The notes beneath the pieces were generated by a model, which had not been told where the DNA came from, did no database searches, and worked only from the letters and a program-made list of their open reading frames with translations. Below are positions 35,246 to 45,359 of a stretch of 64,000 nucleotides of DNA, piece by piece. Origin of the DNA: Planctomycetota bacterium (lineage in GTDB: Bacteria > Planctomycetota > UBA1135 > GCA-002748355); NCBI GenBank assembly GCA_002748355.1, contig PDSF01000041.1, forward strand, positions 6,293 through 70,292, given 5' to 3'. The position numbers were made by a program, and so were the translations under genes. Within the stretch, counting starts at the first letter, position 1, and the number at the start of each line of letters is the position of its first letter.

Positions 35246-37618
35246 ATGTCCAAAAGAAGAAAGCTCCTGATCCTTGGTCTGACCGTGTTCGCCCTTCTCA
35301 CCTTCTCGGTGACGGGCATCATGTCCACGGTTCTGACCAGTTGGTTCAACCCGCCGCTCAGTCGCGACATCGTTCTCGAGGATGGCCGAGCGGCTGGGGT
35401 CGTTGACGAAGATGTCAGGTTCGGGCATTGGCTACTGCGCCTGCAAAGCGTCCTGCAGGGGAGCTTTGCCCGCGGTTTCAACCAAGCCATTGCGATCCCG
35501 GCTCACCTGCTGGCCTACAGTCCTGCCGACGATCGCAATAGCGATAGTCGCGAGCTCGCGTACGCGATGCTCCGTCGCGCCGCTATCGAAAATGGCATTG
35601 AGGTCTCGGACGACGAGCTGGATGCCACGATTGACTACACCCTTTCCAGTTCCCCGCAGGGTGGCTGGACGTTGGAGGCTCTGGCTGCGGGCATGGGCTT
35701 CAAAGGCATGTCCGGGCTGACGGAGCTGCGCCTGACCTTCCGCGAGGCGCTGCGTATTACCAAGTTCGTCCGCTTGCTGATGCTCGGCACGGTGGACGTC
35801 AGTGATGCGGAGCTGGCCGAGTTCGTCAAGGAAGAGCGCAAGCTCGTGACGGCCGACTACGTATCTTGGTCCGTTCCCGAGCTGCGCGCCGAGCTGGAGA
35901 AGAAGCCGGTGAGCGACCAGGCGCTCAGCAAGTGGCTGATGGAGCTACCCGACTCCAAGCGCAGCGATGCGGCCCTCTTCGACCCGATTCGCGTGCGAGC
36001 GGACTTCGTTGGCATGCTCTACGAGGAAGCGGACCCCGCGGATTTCGAGGCCGAACTCGAGGACACGGTCATCGGTGACGCGGAGGCGCAGCAGCGCTAC
36101 GAGCGTGACAAGGACATGCTCTATCGCAAGCCCTTGCCGAAGAAGCCCGAGCCCAAGCAGGACGGTGAGAAGCCGGGCGCCAAGAAAAAGGGCGATGCCG
36201 GCAAGAAGCCGGAGCAAAAGAAGGCTGAGCCCAAGAAGGCTGAACCCAAGAAGCCGGAGCCCAAGCAGCCGGAGCCTAAGCAGCCGGAGCCTAAGCAGCC
36301 GGAGCCTAAGCAGCCGGAGCCCAAGAAGGATTCGAACGGCGGCCTACAGCAAGCTCCCTTGGTGCAGGAGCCGAAGCCACAGACGGTCATCCTTGGCGGC
36401 AAACCTACGGACGAGGCCAAATCGGAGGTACAGGGCGCGAAGATCGAGTACCGGCCCTTCGAAGAGGTCAAGGAAGAGATCCTCCGCAAGCTAAAGCTCG
36501 AGGCGGCTCTCAAAAGCATCTTGGCTTCGGCTCGTGTCGCGCGTCAGAAGCACGAGGATGAGCAGCAGAAGAAGGAAAAGGCGGAGGAGCGCCTCCCCTT
36601 CGATTTCGCGGCTTGGTGGAAGACTATGGCGAAGGGGCGGCCGGGTCTGGTCTTCGTGCCTGCGGCGAAGACGGCGCAGCCGCCTTCGGACTTTGCCGTC
36701 TTGGCGCCCTTTGGCAGCTTTGCTGTGAACTACCGCTTGGGTGAGACGACGCGCAGCGATCCGCTGCCGAGCGACATCGCCGGGGCCGAGAAGGGCGCTC
36801 TCTTCTTCTACGTCCAAGAGCGCGTGGAAAACGCAGTGAAGCCGCTCGACAGCATCCGCAAGGAGGCGAGGGAGTTCTACTACGAGACCCTGGCGAGCGA
36901 GAAGGCCGAGGAGGCTGTGAAGAGCTTCCTCAAGCTGGTCCGCAGTAAGGCAGAGGAGCTGAAGAAGGATGAGGTTGCGGCCCACAAGAAGTCCGTCGAG
37001 GAGCGGGTTTCCGGCCAGTTCGACCGTTGGCTGGCCGATTTGCAGGCGAAGCTGAAGAGCTTCGATACCAAGCTCGCAGACCCGAACCGGCCTAAGCGTG
37101 CCCTCGCCAAGATGCAGGAGAGAAAGGCCGAACTCATAGCGCTGATCGCGAAGAAGGACGAGAGGCGCAGCGAGATCAAGAAGAAGATCGAGGAAGAGAG
37201 CAAGGACGAGCTGAGCAAGAAGCTTGAGCCGGCGATGGCCGAGGCCTTTGACCTCGCTGTGGCGGCGCAAAAGCTCTCGACAAAGCGACTCGGCCCCTTC
37301 TACATCGATGAGTCGCGGGGGAGCCGCTTCTCCTTGGTGAGCAAGGGGACAGAACTCTTCCTCAAGACCCACGCCACGCTGACCCAGGACCCCAAGGAGG
37401 GCCATGTCAGCGAGGAACTCTTCGATGCTGGCGAGAGGGTGCGCTACGTCGTGCGCCTGAGCAAGGTCGAAAAGGGTGGCGAGGACGCGCTCAGTCGTCG
37501 CCATCTCGAAGAGAAGCGCTGGGTCTTCAAGATGCGGCGCTATCAGAACGCGCTGATGTGGGGCTGGGACTTCCAGTCGCTCAAAGATCGCTACCAGTGG
37601 AAGGAAGCCAAACAGTGA
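35246..37618 (+). CDS. PpiD/SurA-N-like membrane-anchored periplasmic chaperone
   Basis: MSKRRKLLILG TM anchor; GIEVSDDEL; VSDAELAEFVKEERKLVTADYVSW; K/E-rich coiled coil. Start moved to ATG 35246. Confidence 0.6.
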   Translation: MSKRRKLLILGLTVFALLTFSVTGIMSTVLTSWFNPPLSRDIVLEDGRAAGVVDEDVRFGHWLLRLQSVLQGSFARGFNQAIAIPAHLLAYSPADDRNSDSRELAYAMLRRAAIENGIEVSDDELDATIDYTLSSSPQGGWTLEALAAGMGFKGMSGLTELRLTFREALRITKFVRLLMLGTVDVSDAELAEFVKEERKLVTADYVSWSVPELRAELEKKPVSDQALSKWLMELPDSKRSDAALFDPIRVRADFVGMLYEEADPADFEAELEDTVIGDAEAQQRYERDKDMLYRKPLPKKPEPKQDGEKPGAKKKGDAGKKPEQKKAEPKKAEPKKPEPKQPEPKQPEPKQPEPKQPEPKKDSNGGLQQAPLVQEPKPQTVILGGKPTDEAKSEVQGAKIEYRPFEEVKEEILRKLKLEAALKSILASARVARQKHEDEQQKKEKAEERLPFDFAAWWKTMAKGRPGLVFVPAAKTAQPPSDFAVLAPFGSFAVNYRLGETTRSDPLPSDIAGAEKGALFFYVQERVENAVKPLDSIRKEAREFYYETLASEKAEEAVKSFLKLVRSKAEELKKDEVAAHKKSVEERVSGQFDRWLADLQAKLKSFDTKLADPNRPKRALAKMQERKAELIALIAKKDERRSEIKKKIEEESKDELSKKLEPAMAEAFDLAVAAQKLSTKRLGPFYIDESRGSRFSLVSKGTELFLKTHATLTQDPKEGHVSEELFDAGERVRYVVRLSKVEKGGEDALSRRHLEEKRWVFKMRRYQNALMWGWDFQSLKDRYQWKEAKQ
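36206..36325 (+). repeat. 15-bp coding tandem repeat x8 (K/Q-P/A-E-P-K)
   Basis: CAGCCGGAGCCTAAG and variants, in frame. Confidence 0.9.
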
Positions 37619-37668
37619 GGCGCCGCTGGCGCCCTCTGCAGCGCCGGGCTAGCGAGCTTTGCTGAGGA

Positions 37669-37785
37669 GGGGCCCGTATCGCCGGCCCTGTATCGCGGGC
37701 CCCGTATCGCTCCGAGAGCTTCCTCGCTGAGCGAGCTTCCTCTTCTTGGCAGCTTTCTCTTCGCGGGCAGCTTCTTCGATGCTCT
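37669..37785. repeat. Composite intergenic repeats between convergent genes
   Basis: 14-bp ..GGCCCGTATCGC-like unit x3 (37669-37710), then about four AGCTT(C/T)CTC-like units. Confidence 0.7.
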
Positions 37786-37817
37786 AGGGGCAGGAAAGCC
37801 TAGGAGCAGGGAGCCGG

Positions 37818-39581
37818 CTAGGCCTTGTCGCCTTGGCTTGGCGGCTCTTCCCCAGCTTCTTGAACCACGCGCTCGATGGCGTGGACCAGGAGTTCGATGG
37901 CGCCATGTTCGGCGCGGGCTGCCAGACGGGGTGAGTAGACGAGTTGCCAAGCGGCTGGGCGTTTGACGAACTCTTCGATCCGGGCGCCGAGCCGCGGGGC
38001 CAGGGCACGGAGCGCCACCCCGTTTTGGATGGCGGTGAAGCAAAGGCCGCGGGCGCTGGGGCCGATACGGCGCAGGCCGCTACCGATGCGCACGTCGCGG
38101 GCGAGGAAGCGGGGCGGCTCATTGCCCTCGCCGAAGGGGCGAAAGCGTGCCAGCTGACGCAGCTCGCTGCTGCTCCAGTGCGAGAGGGGGGCCTCTGCGT
38201 CGACGGAGACGAGATGCGGCCCCAGGTTCGGCAGCTTTTGGCTGTGCTGATCGAGGAGCTGCTGCAGCTCGGGTAGCCGGGCGCTGGCGATTTCGAGACC
38301 GACGGCGAAGGCATGCCCACCATAGCGAGTGACAGGCGCGCTGGCGGCGTCGAGGACGCTCTTCAGGTCGATGCGGCCGTAGCTGCGGCCGGAGCCACGG
38401 CTGCGTCCCTCCTGGTCGGAAAGAATGAGCGCTGGCTTGCGGAAGTCCTCGGAGATGCGTGCGGCCACGATGCCGAGCACTCCGAGGTGCCAGCCTTCGC
38501 CGTGGGCCAGCAGGACGCGGCGATTCGGGGTCTCTGGGTCGGCCAGGAGCTGGTCACGGGCTTTGATAAAGAGATCGGCCTCGACCTGCTGCCTCTGGCT
38601 GTTGAGCTTTTCGAGGCGGGAGGCGAGCTTGCGCGCTTCGCCGTAGGAGTCCGCCGTCAGGAGTTGGACGGCGAGCTTTGCATGTCCCATGCGGCCAGCT
38701 GCATTGAGGCGTGGGCCGATGCGAAAGGACACGTCTTCGGCGCGGAGGTTGCGCGCGCTAGCGCCGAGCACGTCGACCAGCGCCCGCATGCCAGGGCTGC
38801 GCGACTCAAGCAGGGCCTTGAGTCCGACCCGGACCATGGCGCGGTTTTCGCCGACAAGGGGCACGACGTCGGCGATCGAACCGAGGGCCACGAGGCTGGC
38901 GGCATCGATCAAGAAACTCTGCAGCTCGTTGCTGAGCTTGCGGTCCTTGGAGAGGGACTCGGTGATGGCGCAGGCGAGTTTGAAGGCGACGCCGACCCCG
39001 GCGAGGTGGGGGAAGGGGTAGCCGGAGTCCTCGAGGCGAGGGTTGAGGACGGCGCAGGCCGGTGCGATGACCGGGCCGGTGTGATGGTGGTCGGTGACGA
39101 TGACGTCGACCCCGGCTTCCTGGAGGCTGCGGACCTCGTCGATCGCGGCGGTGCCATTGTCCACCGAGATCACGACGTCGTACTTGCGCTCGAGAATGCG
39201 CCGCACTGAGCTCTCGCCGATCGAATAGCCCTCCTCGCGCGAGGGAATATACGGGTCGACATCGGCGCCGATCATGCGGAAGAAGTTGAGCAGCAACACC
39301 GTCGCCGTGAGTCCGTCCACGTCGTAGTCGCCGTGGATCATGATGCGCTCGTTGCCGTAGAGCGCCTTGCGGATGCGCTGCACAGCCTTGGGCATATCGT
39401 GGAACTGCGCCGGGTCCTCAAGCTGTGAGAGGTCGGCATCGAGCCATTTGCGTGCAGCCTCTACGTCCCTATGACCACGCCGGTAGAGCAGCGTGGCGAG
39501 AACTGGAGAGAGATGGAGCTGGCGAGCGAGTTCGTTGACTTCCTCGGTCGCTGGCTGGCTGTCGAACTGGATGCTGGACAT
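37818..39581 (-). CDS. recJ: Single-stranded-DNA-specific exonuclease RecJ
   Basis: GDYDVDG, IVTDHH, LAGVGVAFKL, GSIADVVPL, IGPRLNAAGR and YGGHAFAVG motifs. Start moved to ATG 39581. Confidence 0.95.
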   Translation of the reverse strand: MSSIQFDSQPATEEVNELARQLHLSPVLATLLYRRGHRDVEAARKWLDADLSQLEDPAQFHDMPKAVQRIRKALYGNERIMIHGDYDVDGLTATVLLLNFFRMIGADVDPYIPSREEGYSIGESSVRRILERKYDVVISVDNGTAAIDEVRSLQEAGVDVIVTDHHHTGPVIAPACAVLNPRLEDSGYPFPHLAGVGVAFKLACAITESLSKDRKLSNELQSFLIDAASLVALGSIADVVPLVGENRAMVRVGLKALLESRSPGMRALVDVLGASARNLRAEDVSFRIGPRLNAAGRMGHAKLAVQLLTADSYGEARKLASRLEKLNSQRQQVEADLFIKARDQLLADPETPNRRVLLAHGEGWHLGVLGIVAARISEDFRKPALILSDQEGRSRGSGRSYGRIDLKSVLDAASAPVTRYGGHAFAVGLEIASARLPELQQLLDQHSQKLPNLGPHLVSVDAEAPLSHWSSSELRQLARFRPFGEGNEPPRFLARDVRIGSGLRRIGPSARGLCFTAIQNGVALRALAPRLGARIEEFVKRPAAWQLVYSPRLAARAEHGAIELLVHAIERVVQEAGEEPPSQGDKA

Positions 39582-39711
39582 CGAATAGCGGCGGGGCGCG
39601 GCGGATTCTCCCGGACTGGTCTGGCAGGTCCGCGGAAACGCAAGCGCGGGAGTGTATCGTCGCCGGGCCACAACGGCACCGCACAATCGAAGACGAGGAG
39701 CCTCCGATCCG

Positions 39712-41094
39712 ATGACCGAAGCCCCATTTCGCCAGATACCCTCCGTCGATCGCCTGGTTCGTATGCAGGGGGGAGTTCCGTCGCTGCTCGCTTCCACGGC
39801 GGCACGCTCCCTTGTCGCCGCGATGCGGAGCGAACTCCGCGACTCGTGGCCGCCGCTCGAAGGCGAGAAGGATTATTTCAGTGAGCAGCGGCTTTGCGAG
39901 CGGCTGGCGCGGCTGCGGCAGGCGCTGTCCTTGCCCTATCACCGCCGGGTGCTCAATGCCACCGGCATCCTCCTGCACACCGGGCTAGGACGAGCGCCGC
40001 TGGCGGAGGCCGCACAAGCTGCCCTGCTGGCGGCCTCAGGGGCGGCGCTGACCGAAGTGTCCCCGAGCACGGGCAAGCGTTCGAAGCGGGAGGAGGCGGT
40101 CGCCGCCCTGCTCTGCGACTTGACGGGGGCGGAGGCTGGGCTGGTCCTCAACAACAATGCCGCTGCGACCATGCTGGCCCTGGATGCCACGGCTCGGGGG
40201 CGGGAGGTGCCCATCTCGCGCGGCGAGCTGGTCGAGATCGGCGGCGGTTATCGCATGCCTGATGTCATGGAATGCGCCGGCTGCCTCATGGTCGAGATCG
40301 GCACCACCAACCGCACTCGCCTGCGCGACTACGCCGGGGCCATCGGCGAGAACACCGGCGCCTTGCTCAAGGTGCATCCGAGCAACTACCGCATCGAGGG
40401 CTTTTCGGAGTCGGTCGAGCTCGCCGATTTGGTGGCGCTTGGGCGGGAGCATGGAATCCCGGTCATCGAGGACCTCGGGAGTGGGTTGATGCTCTCCGGT
40501 GGTCTCCCAGGCGATCCGCGCGAGCCGAGCACCCTCGACAGCGTGCAGGCCGGAGCCGATCTCGTCTGCGTTTCCGGCGACAAACTACTCGGTGGGCCGC
40601 AGGCCGGGATCATCGTTGGCCGCGCCGAGGCCGTGGCCCGGGTGCGGGCGCATCCTCTCTACCGGGCGATGCGCTGTAGCAAGCTGGCGCTGTCGGCGCT
40701 GGAGGCGACCTTGCGGATCTATCGCTATGGCGATCCCAAGCGCGAGATTCCGGTGCAGTTTGCTCTCTGGCGGGAGCCTGCGGAGCTGCGGGTGCGGGCC
40801 GAGGAGCTGCTGGCTGCGGGGAAGTCCTGCTGGACCAAGCTTGGCTACGCAGCTGAGATTCAGGACACAGATGCTTTCGTGGGCTCGGGTGCCTCGCCGG
40901 CGCGGCCCGTGGCTTCGCTCTGCGTGGTGCTGCGTTCGGAGAGTCGCAAGCTGGAGGAGGATCTGCGCGTGCTGCGCGAAGGCGATCCCTCGGTCTGGGC
41001 TCGGCTCGAGGACGGGGCCATCTATTTGGATATGCGCTCTCTGGCGGAAGGCGCTGAGGAGGACTTGCTGGCGAGCTTTGCGCGTTTGGACTAG
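39712..41094 (+). CDS. selA: L-seryl-tRNA(Sec) selenium transferase
   Basis: NATGILLHTGLGRAPL, SRGELVEIGGGYR, EIGTTNRT, SGDKLLGGPQAG (PLP Lys); RBS GAGGAG. Confidence 0.96.
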   Translation: MTEAPFRQIPSVDRLVRMQGGVPSLLASTAARSLVAAMRSELRDSWPPLEGEKDYFSEQRLCERLARLRQALSLPYHRRVLNATGILLHTGLGRAPLAEAAQAALLAASGAALTEVSPSTGKRSKREEAVAALLCDLTGAEAGLVLNNNAAATMLALDATARGREVPISRGELVEIGGGYRMPDVMECAGCLMVEIGTTNRTRLRDYAGAIGENTGALLKVHPSNYRIEGFSESVELADLVALGREHGIPVIEDLGSGLMLSGGLPGDPREPSTLDSVQAGADLVCVSGDKLLGGPQAGIIVGRAEAVARVRAHPLYRAMRCSKLALSALEATLRIYRYGDPKREIPVQFALWREPAELRVRAEELLAAGKSCWTKLGYAAEIQDTDAFVGSGASPARPVASLCVVLRSESRKLEEDLRVLREGDPSVWARLEDGAIYLDMRSLAEGAEEDLLASFARLD

Positions 41095-41188
41095 ATGCGG
41101 AACCTGGCAGGCTGCGACGCTATCGTCAGCCGCCCTTTTGTCAGCCCTTCAGCCCCTCATCCCCTTCACACAGCCGTAGGAGACCGGA

Positions 41189-42241
41189 ATGCCTTTCTGG
41201 AAGAAAGACTGCCGATTGACCCAGTTCGCCTCCTGCGCTGGCTGAGCGGCGAAGATGAACCCGAAGGACCTCGTGAAGGCCCTTCAAAACCTTCCACTGG
41301 CCGACTCGACTCGCCTCCTCGTGGGACCGTCGACCCTCGATGACGCGGGGGTCGTTCGCCTCAGCGATGACTTGGCGCTGGTGCAGACCGTGGACTTCTT
41401 CCCGCCGATCGTCGATGAACCTCGCGAATACGGACAGATTGCGGCAGCCAACTCCCTGAGCGATGTCTATGCGATGGGGGGCACGCCGCACAGCTGCCTC
41501 TCGGTGGTGGCATGGCCGGCAACCCTGCCGCCGGAGCTACTCGGAGAGATCCTCCTCGGTGGGCAGGACAAGATCGACGAGTCGGGGGCGGTGCTGGCTG
41601 GGGGACACACGATCAGCGATCCGGAGATCAAGTATGGCTTGTCGGTGACCGGCACGGTGCACCCGCAGCGGGTCATGACCAATGCTGGCGCCCAGCCTGG
41701 TGATCTTTTGATCCTGAGCAAGCGCCTCGGCATGGGGGCGATCTCGACGGCCATCGGCAAGCAGGAGATCGACAGCGGGGTGGCCCAGGCGGCGATGCGG
41801 CAGATGGCGGTACTCAACAAGGACGCGGCTGAGGTGGCGGTGAAGCATGAGCTGCGCTGCGCCACCGACGTGACCGGCTTTGGCCTGCTCGGGCACCTGC
41901 GCGAGATCGCGGTGGCGAGTGAGGTGACGGTCGAGGTCGATGCCACTGCGGTGCCTGCCTTCGACGCGGCGCTGGACTGCATCGAGCGCGGATTCGCTTC
42001 CGGTGGATGGAAGCGGAACCTGAGCTTCATGGAGGCCGAGATCCAGATCGACGCCGGCGTCTCCGAGGCGACGAAGAAACTTTGCCTCGACGCGGAGACT
42101 TCGGGGGGGCTGGTTTTGGCGGTAGCGGCGGACAAGGCCGAGGCGCTTGTGGCCGATCTCAAGGCTGTCGGCACCCCCTGCGCGGCGGTGATCGGGCGCG
42201 TTAGCCGGCGGGGCGCCAAGAGCATCCTCTTGCGGGCCTAA
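41189..42241 (+). CDS. selD: Selenide, water dikinase; selenoprotein with an in-frame UGA (Sec) at 41243-41245
   Basis: ATG 41189 follows AGGAG and reads MPFWKKDCRLTQFASCAG-U-AAKMNPKDL. Also DDAGV, TVDFFPPIVD, NSLSDVYAMGG, GGHT and TDVTGFGLLGH. Confidence 0.93.
41263..41285 (+). promoter_or_regulatory. Candidate bacterial SECIS hairpin
   Basis: GAAGG-A-CCT-[CGTGA]-AGG-C-CCTTC; the apical loop starts 26 nt after the UGA and contains G at position 2. Confidence 0.55.
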
Positions 42242-42368
42242 GCCCTCGCTGGCGAAGCTACGGCGAGGGCCTAGGCGGCTACTGAGCCTAACTGTCCCCT
42301 GCGCCCGGGCTCGGATTGAGGCGCACGGCGCCGTTGCGGGCAGGGGCCCGGATCTGCACACTCCTGGC

Positions 42369-43481
42369 ATGGCTGCGCCGCACCCGGAAAAAGAGATGCA
42401 GCGCCTCGAGGCGCTCGTAAAGGGGAATCCCCCCTCCGTGCTCGTGTTTGTCGGCCCGGAGCGCTGGTTCCGTGACCGGGCTCTTGACCTGGTGCGCCGC
42501 TCCCTGGGCGCCAAGGGCGACCTCTTCGAGCTGGATGCCGGCGAACGAGAGGGCGGCACTCAGGAGGCGGCGTCGTTCTTGATGGACCTGCGCACGGCCA
42601 GCCTCTTCGGCGGCAACAAGGTGCTGCTGCTGCGCTCTGCCGAGAAGTGGCTGCGTAGCCACGGGAAGGTGCTGGTGGGGACTCTCGAGGCCATCGCCCG
42701 CGGCAACACCCTGGTCCTCGACCTGGCCAAGCTCGACGGTCGCAGCTCCCTGGCCAAGAAGCTCAACAAGATCGGCGAGCGCTTTGACTTCCGTCGGCTT
42801 TATGAGAGCGCCTGGGAAGGGCGACCGCCGACCAGTGCCGAGATCGTTCAGTGGACGCAGCAGCGGGCCAAGACCAAGAAACTGGGGCTTAGCCTCGATC
42901 TCGCCCTCTTTGTCGTGCAGGTCGTGGGCCATGAGCCTTCGCAGATCGAAGGCTGCCTCGATCAGCTGGCCATCAGCCACGCCGGCCAGCGTCTCGACGC
43001 CGAGACCCTCCGCGCCAGCCTCACGGCCTCCTTCGGCAGCAGCCAGTTCGAGTTTGTCGATGCCCTGCTCGCTCAAGATCCGCGCGCGGCGCTGCGCTCG
43101 CTGCTGGCGCTCTACCGGGAGGGCTTGCGCGATCGCGAAGGCAAGCGCCTCGATTCCGGCGCCATTTTCCCGATGGTCAGCTCCTGGCTGGGCAGCAGCC
43201 TCGACAAGCTCTGCGCCGCCCGCGAAGAACTCGAGGCCGGGCATCCGATCTCCGAGCTCGTGCGTCGCCACGGTGGGGCCTTTCAGGCGCGTTTCGAACG
43301 CCAGCTGCGCGGCCTGGATCTCTCGCGCCTGCGTTTGATGCGCGCGGCGCTGATCCGTGCCGAAGAACGCCTGCGCGGCAGTGGTGAGGAGTCGGAGATC
43401 CTTCTTGAACGCTTGATTGCCGAGTGCTGCTTGCCGATCCGCAAGCAGCTCCTGGGCGAGGGGAGTCAGCGCGCATGGTGA
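42369..43481 (+). CDS. holA: DNA polymerase III subunit delta
   Basis: VFVGPERWFRDRALD, LRTASLFGGNKVLLL, FEFVDALLAQD; degenerate clamp-loader layout. Confidence 0.8.
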   Translation: MAAPHPEKEMQRLEALVKGNPPSVLVFVGPERWFRDRALDLVRRSLGAKGDLFELDAGEREGGTQEAASFLMDLRTASLFGGNKVLLLRSAEKWLRSHGKVLVGTLEAIARGNTLVLDLAKLDGRSSLAKKLNKIGERFDFRRLYESAWEGRPPTSAEIVQWTQQRAKTKKLGLSLDLALFVVQVVGHEPSQIEGCLDQLAISHAGQRLDAETLRASLTASFGSSQFEFVDALLAQDPRAALRSLLALYREGLRDREGKRLDSGAIFPMVSSWLGSSLDKLCAAREELEAGHPISELVRRHGGAFQARFERQLRGLDLSRLRLMRAALIRAEERLRGSGEESEILLERLIAECCLPIRKQLLGEGSQRAW

Positions 43482-45313
43482 TTCGCATCCTGCCGCCCGA
43501 GGTCATCAACCAGATCGCCGCTGGCGAGGTCATCGAACGTCCGTTTTCCATCGTCAAGGAATGCCTGGAGAACAGCATCGACGCCGGAGCGACCCGCATC
43601 GAACTCGAGCTCGAAGAGGGCGGTAAGAGCCTGGTTCGCATTCGCGACAACGGCCGCGGCATGACGCCGGAGGATCTGGAGCTGGCCTTTGTCAGCCACG
43701 CGACGAGCAAGCTCACCAGCCTTGCCGATCTGGATGCCATCATCAGCCTCGGCTTCCGTGGCGAGGCCCTGGCCTCGATTGGTTCGGTGGCTCGGGTGCG
43801 GGTGCTCTCGCGGCCTGAGGGCAGCGAAGCCGGCGCCGAGATTCGGGTCGATGGCGGCAAGATCTCCCCGGTCATGCCGGCGGCGGCGCCACCAGGCACC
43901 CTCTTCGAAGTGCGCGACCTCTTCTACAACGTGCCGGCTCGGCGCCGCTTTCTGCGCACGCCGCAGGGGGAGCGCGCGCGCTGCGTTGATGTCTTTACCA
44001 AGCTGGCCCTGGCCAACCCCGAGCTCGGCTTTGTTTTGCACGGCAAGCGCGAGCTGCGGATGGAGCCTGGGGAGGAGCTGTCTGTGCGGGTGCAGAAGCT
44101 CTTTGGCAGCAAGCTCTCTGAGCAGATGCTGCCGGTGCAGCTGGAGCGGGGTGGCATCGTGGTGCAGGGCCTGGTCGGCGATCCCGACGTGGCGCGCCGC
44201 GATCGCACCCAGATGCAGCTCTTTCTCAACGGGCGCCCCTTCCAGGACCGCGGCCTGGTGCGCGCGATCCAGGATGCCTTCCAGGAATACCTGATGGGCG
44301 GCAAGTTTCCGGTCGCCTTTCTCTTCCTGAGCATGGACCCGGCGCGCGTCGACGTGAACGTGCACCCGCAGAAGAGCGAGGTGCGATTTGTCGAGCAGCG
44401 CCTGGTCTTTTCTGTGCTGCGACAAGCGGTGAAGGAAGCGCTCGAAGGCCGGGCCAAGCGCATCTTTTCTCGTGGCGCCGTGAGCGAGGGCGCGACGCCC
44501 GAGGCGATACGTCCGGTTACTGGCTTCCCCGAGCTGCCCCAGGGGCTCTTTGGCCGCGGGGCGATGGGGGGCGGGCTCAGCGCTGCGCCAAGCTCTCCGG
44601 AGACGCCGCTGCGCTCGCCTTCGATGCTGCCGGGGGATTCGCCGCTGGGGTCTGGGGAGGATGCTCCCAGAGTCGCCGATTCCAGCCCAGCATTCCAAAG
44701 CCCGCAAACCCCGCCTCCGAGAGGCTTCGTGCACGGCACTCGGGTGCACCGCTTCTTACAGGTCAAGAACCTCTACCTGATCTTCGAAACCGAGGACGGC
44801 ATCGCTGTCGTTGACCAGCATGCCCTGCACGAGCGAGTGCTCTATGAGAAGTTGCTCGCCGAATACCGGGCGGGCACGGTCAAGGTGCAGAAGCTCTTGA
44901 TCCCGATGCTGGTGGACCTCACCCCGGCCGATAAGGAGCTGCTGATCGAATACCAGGAGCGCTTTGCTCAGGCCGGTCTCCTGCTTGAGGACTTTGGTGG
45001 GAACAGCATCAAGCTCGAAGGATATCCCGCGGCCCTTCGGCGCATCGATCCAAAGGCTTTGGTCGAAGGCTTCCTTGAGGAGCTGCGCGAAGAGGGGCGG
45101 CCGCAGGAGCCGGAGGATGTGCGCGATCGCTTCCACCATGCGGCTTGCCGGGCTGCGATCATGGCTGGCGATAAGCTTAGCGAGGATGAGATCGCGATGC
45201 TGATCGAAGCGGCCTCCAAGCTAGAACATCCCGATAACTGCCCGCACGGTCGGCCGACGGTTCTCAACTTCTCCCTGAACCAGCTTGAGCGCTGGTTCCA
45301 GCGTCAGCTCTGA
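43475..45313 (+). CDS. mutL: DNA mismatch repair endonuclease MutL
   Basis: NQIAAGEVIERP, ATSK, GFRGEALASI, DVNVHPQK, DQHALHERVLYE, ACR and CPHGRP motifs. Confidence 0.97.
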   Translation: MVIRILPPEVINQIAAGEVIERPFSIVKECLENSIDAGATRIELELEEGGKSLVRIRDNGRGMTPEDLELAFVSHATSKLTSLADLDAIISLGFRGEALASIGSVARVRVLSRPEGSEAGAEIRVDGGKISPVMPAAAPPGTLFEVRDLFYNVPARRRFLRTPQGERARCVDVFTKLALANPELGFVLHGKRELRMEPGEELSVRVQKLFGSKLSEQMLPVQLERGGIVVQGLVGDPDVARRDRTQMQLFLNGRPFQDRGLVRAIQDAFQEYLMGGKFPVAFLFLSMDPARVDVNVHPQKSEVRFVEQRLVFSVLRQAVKEALEGRAKRIFSRGAVSEGATPEAIRPVTGFPELPQGLFGRGAMGGGLSAAPSSPETPLRSPSMLPGDSPLGSGEDAPRVADSSPAFQSPQTPPPRGFVHGTRVHRFLQVKNLYLIFETEDGIAVVDQHALHERVLYEKLLAEYRAGTVKVQKLLIPMLVDLTPADKELLIEYQERFAQAGLLLEDFGGNSIKLEGYPAALRRIDPKALVEGFLEELREEGRPQEPEDVRDRFHHAACRAAIMAGDKLSEDEIAMLIEAASKLEHPDNCPHGRPTVLNFSLNQLERWFQRQL

Positions 45314-45359
45314 TCGAGGCCCAGCTCTCGCAAGCCCTTTCCCAGGTCCAGCTACTGCC

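Noticed and set aside
39582-42368. selB or tRNA-Sec (selC) in the sel cluster
   Set aside because: No EF-Tu-like ORF and no TCA-anticodon tRNA fold was found; the CTTCAAA at 41282 lies inside selD.
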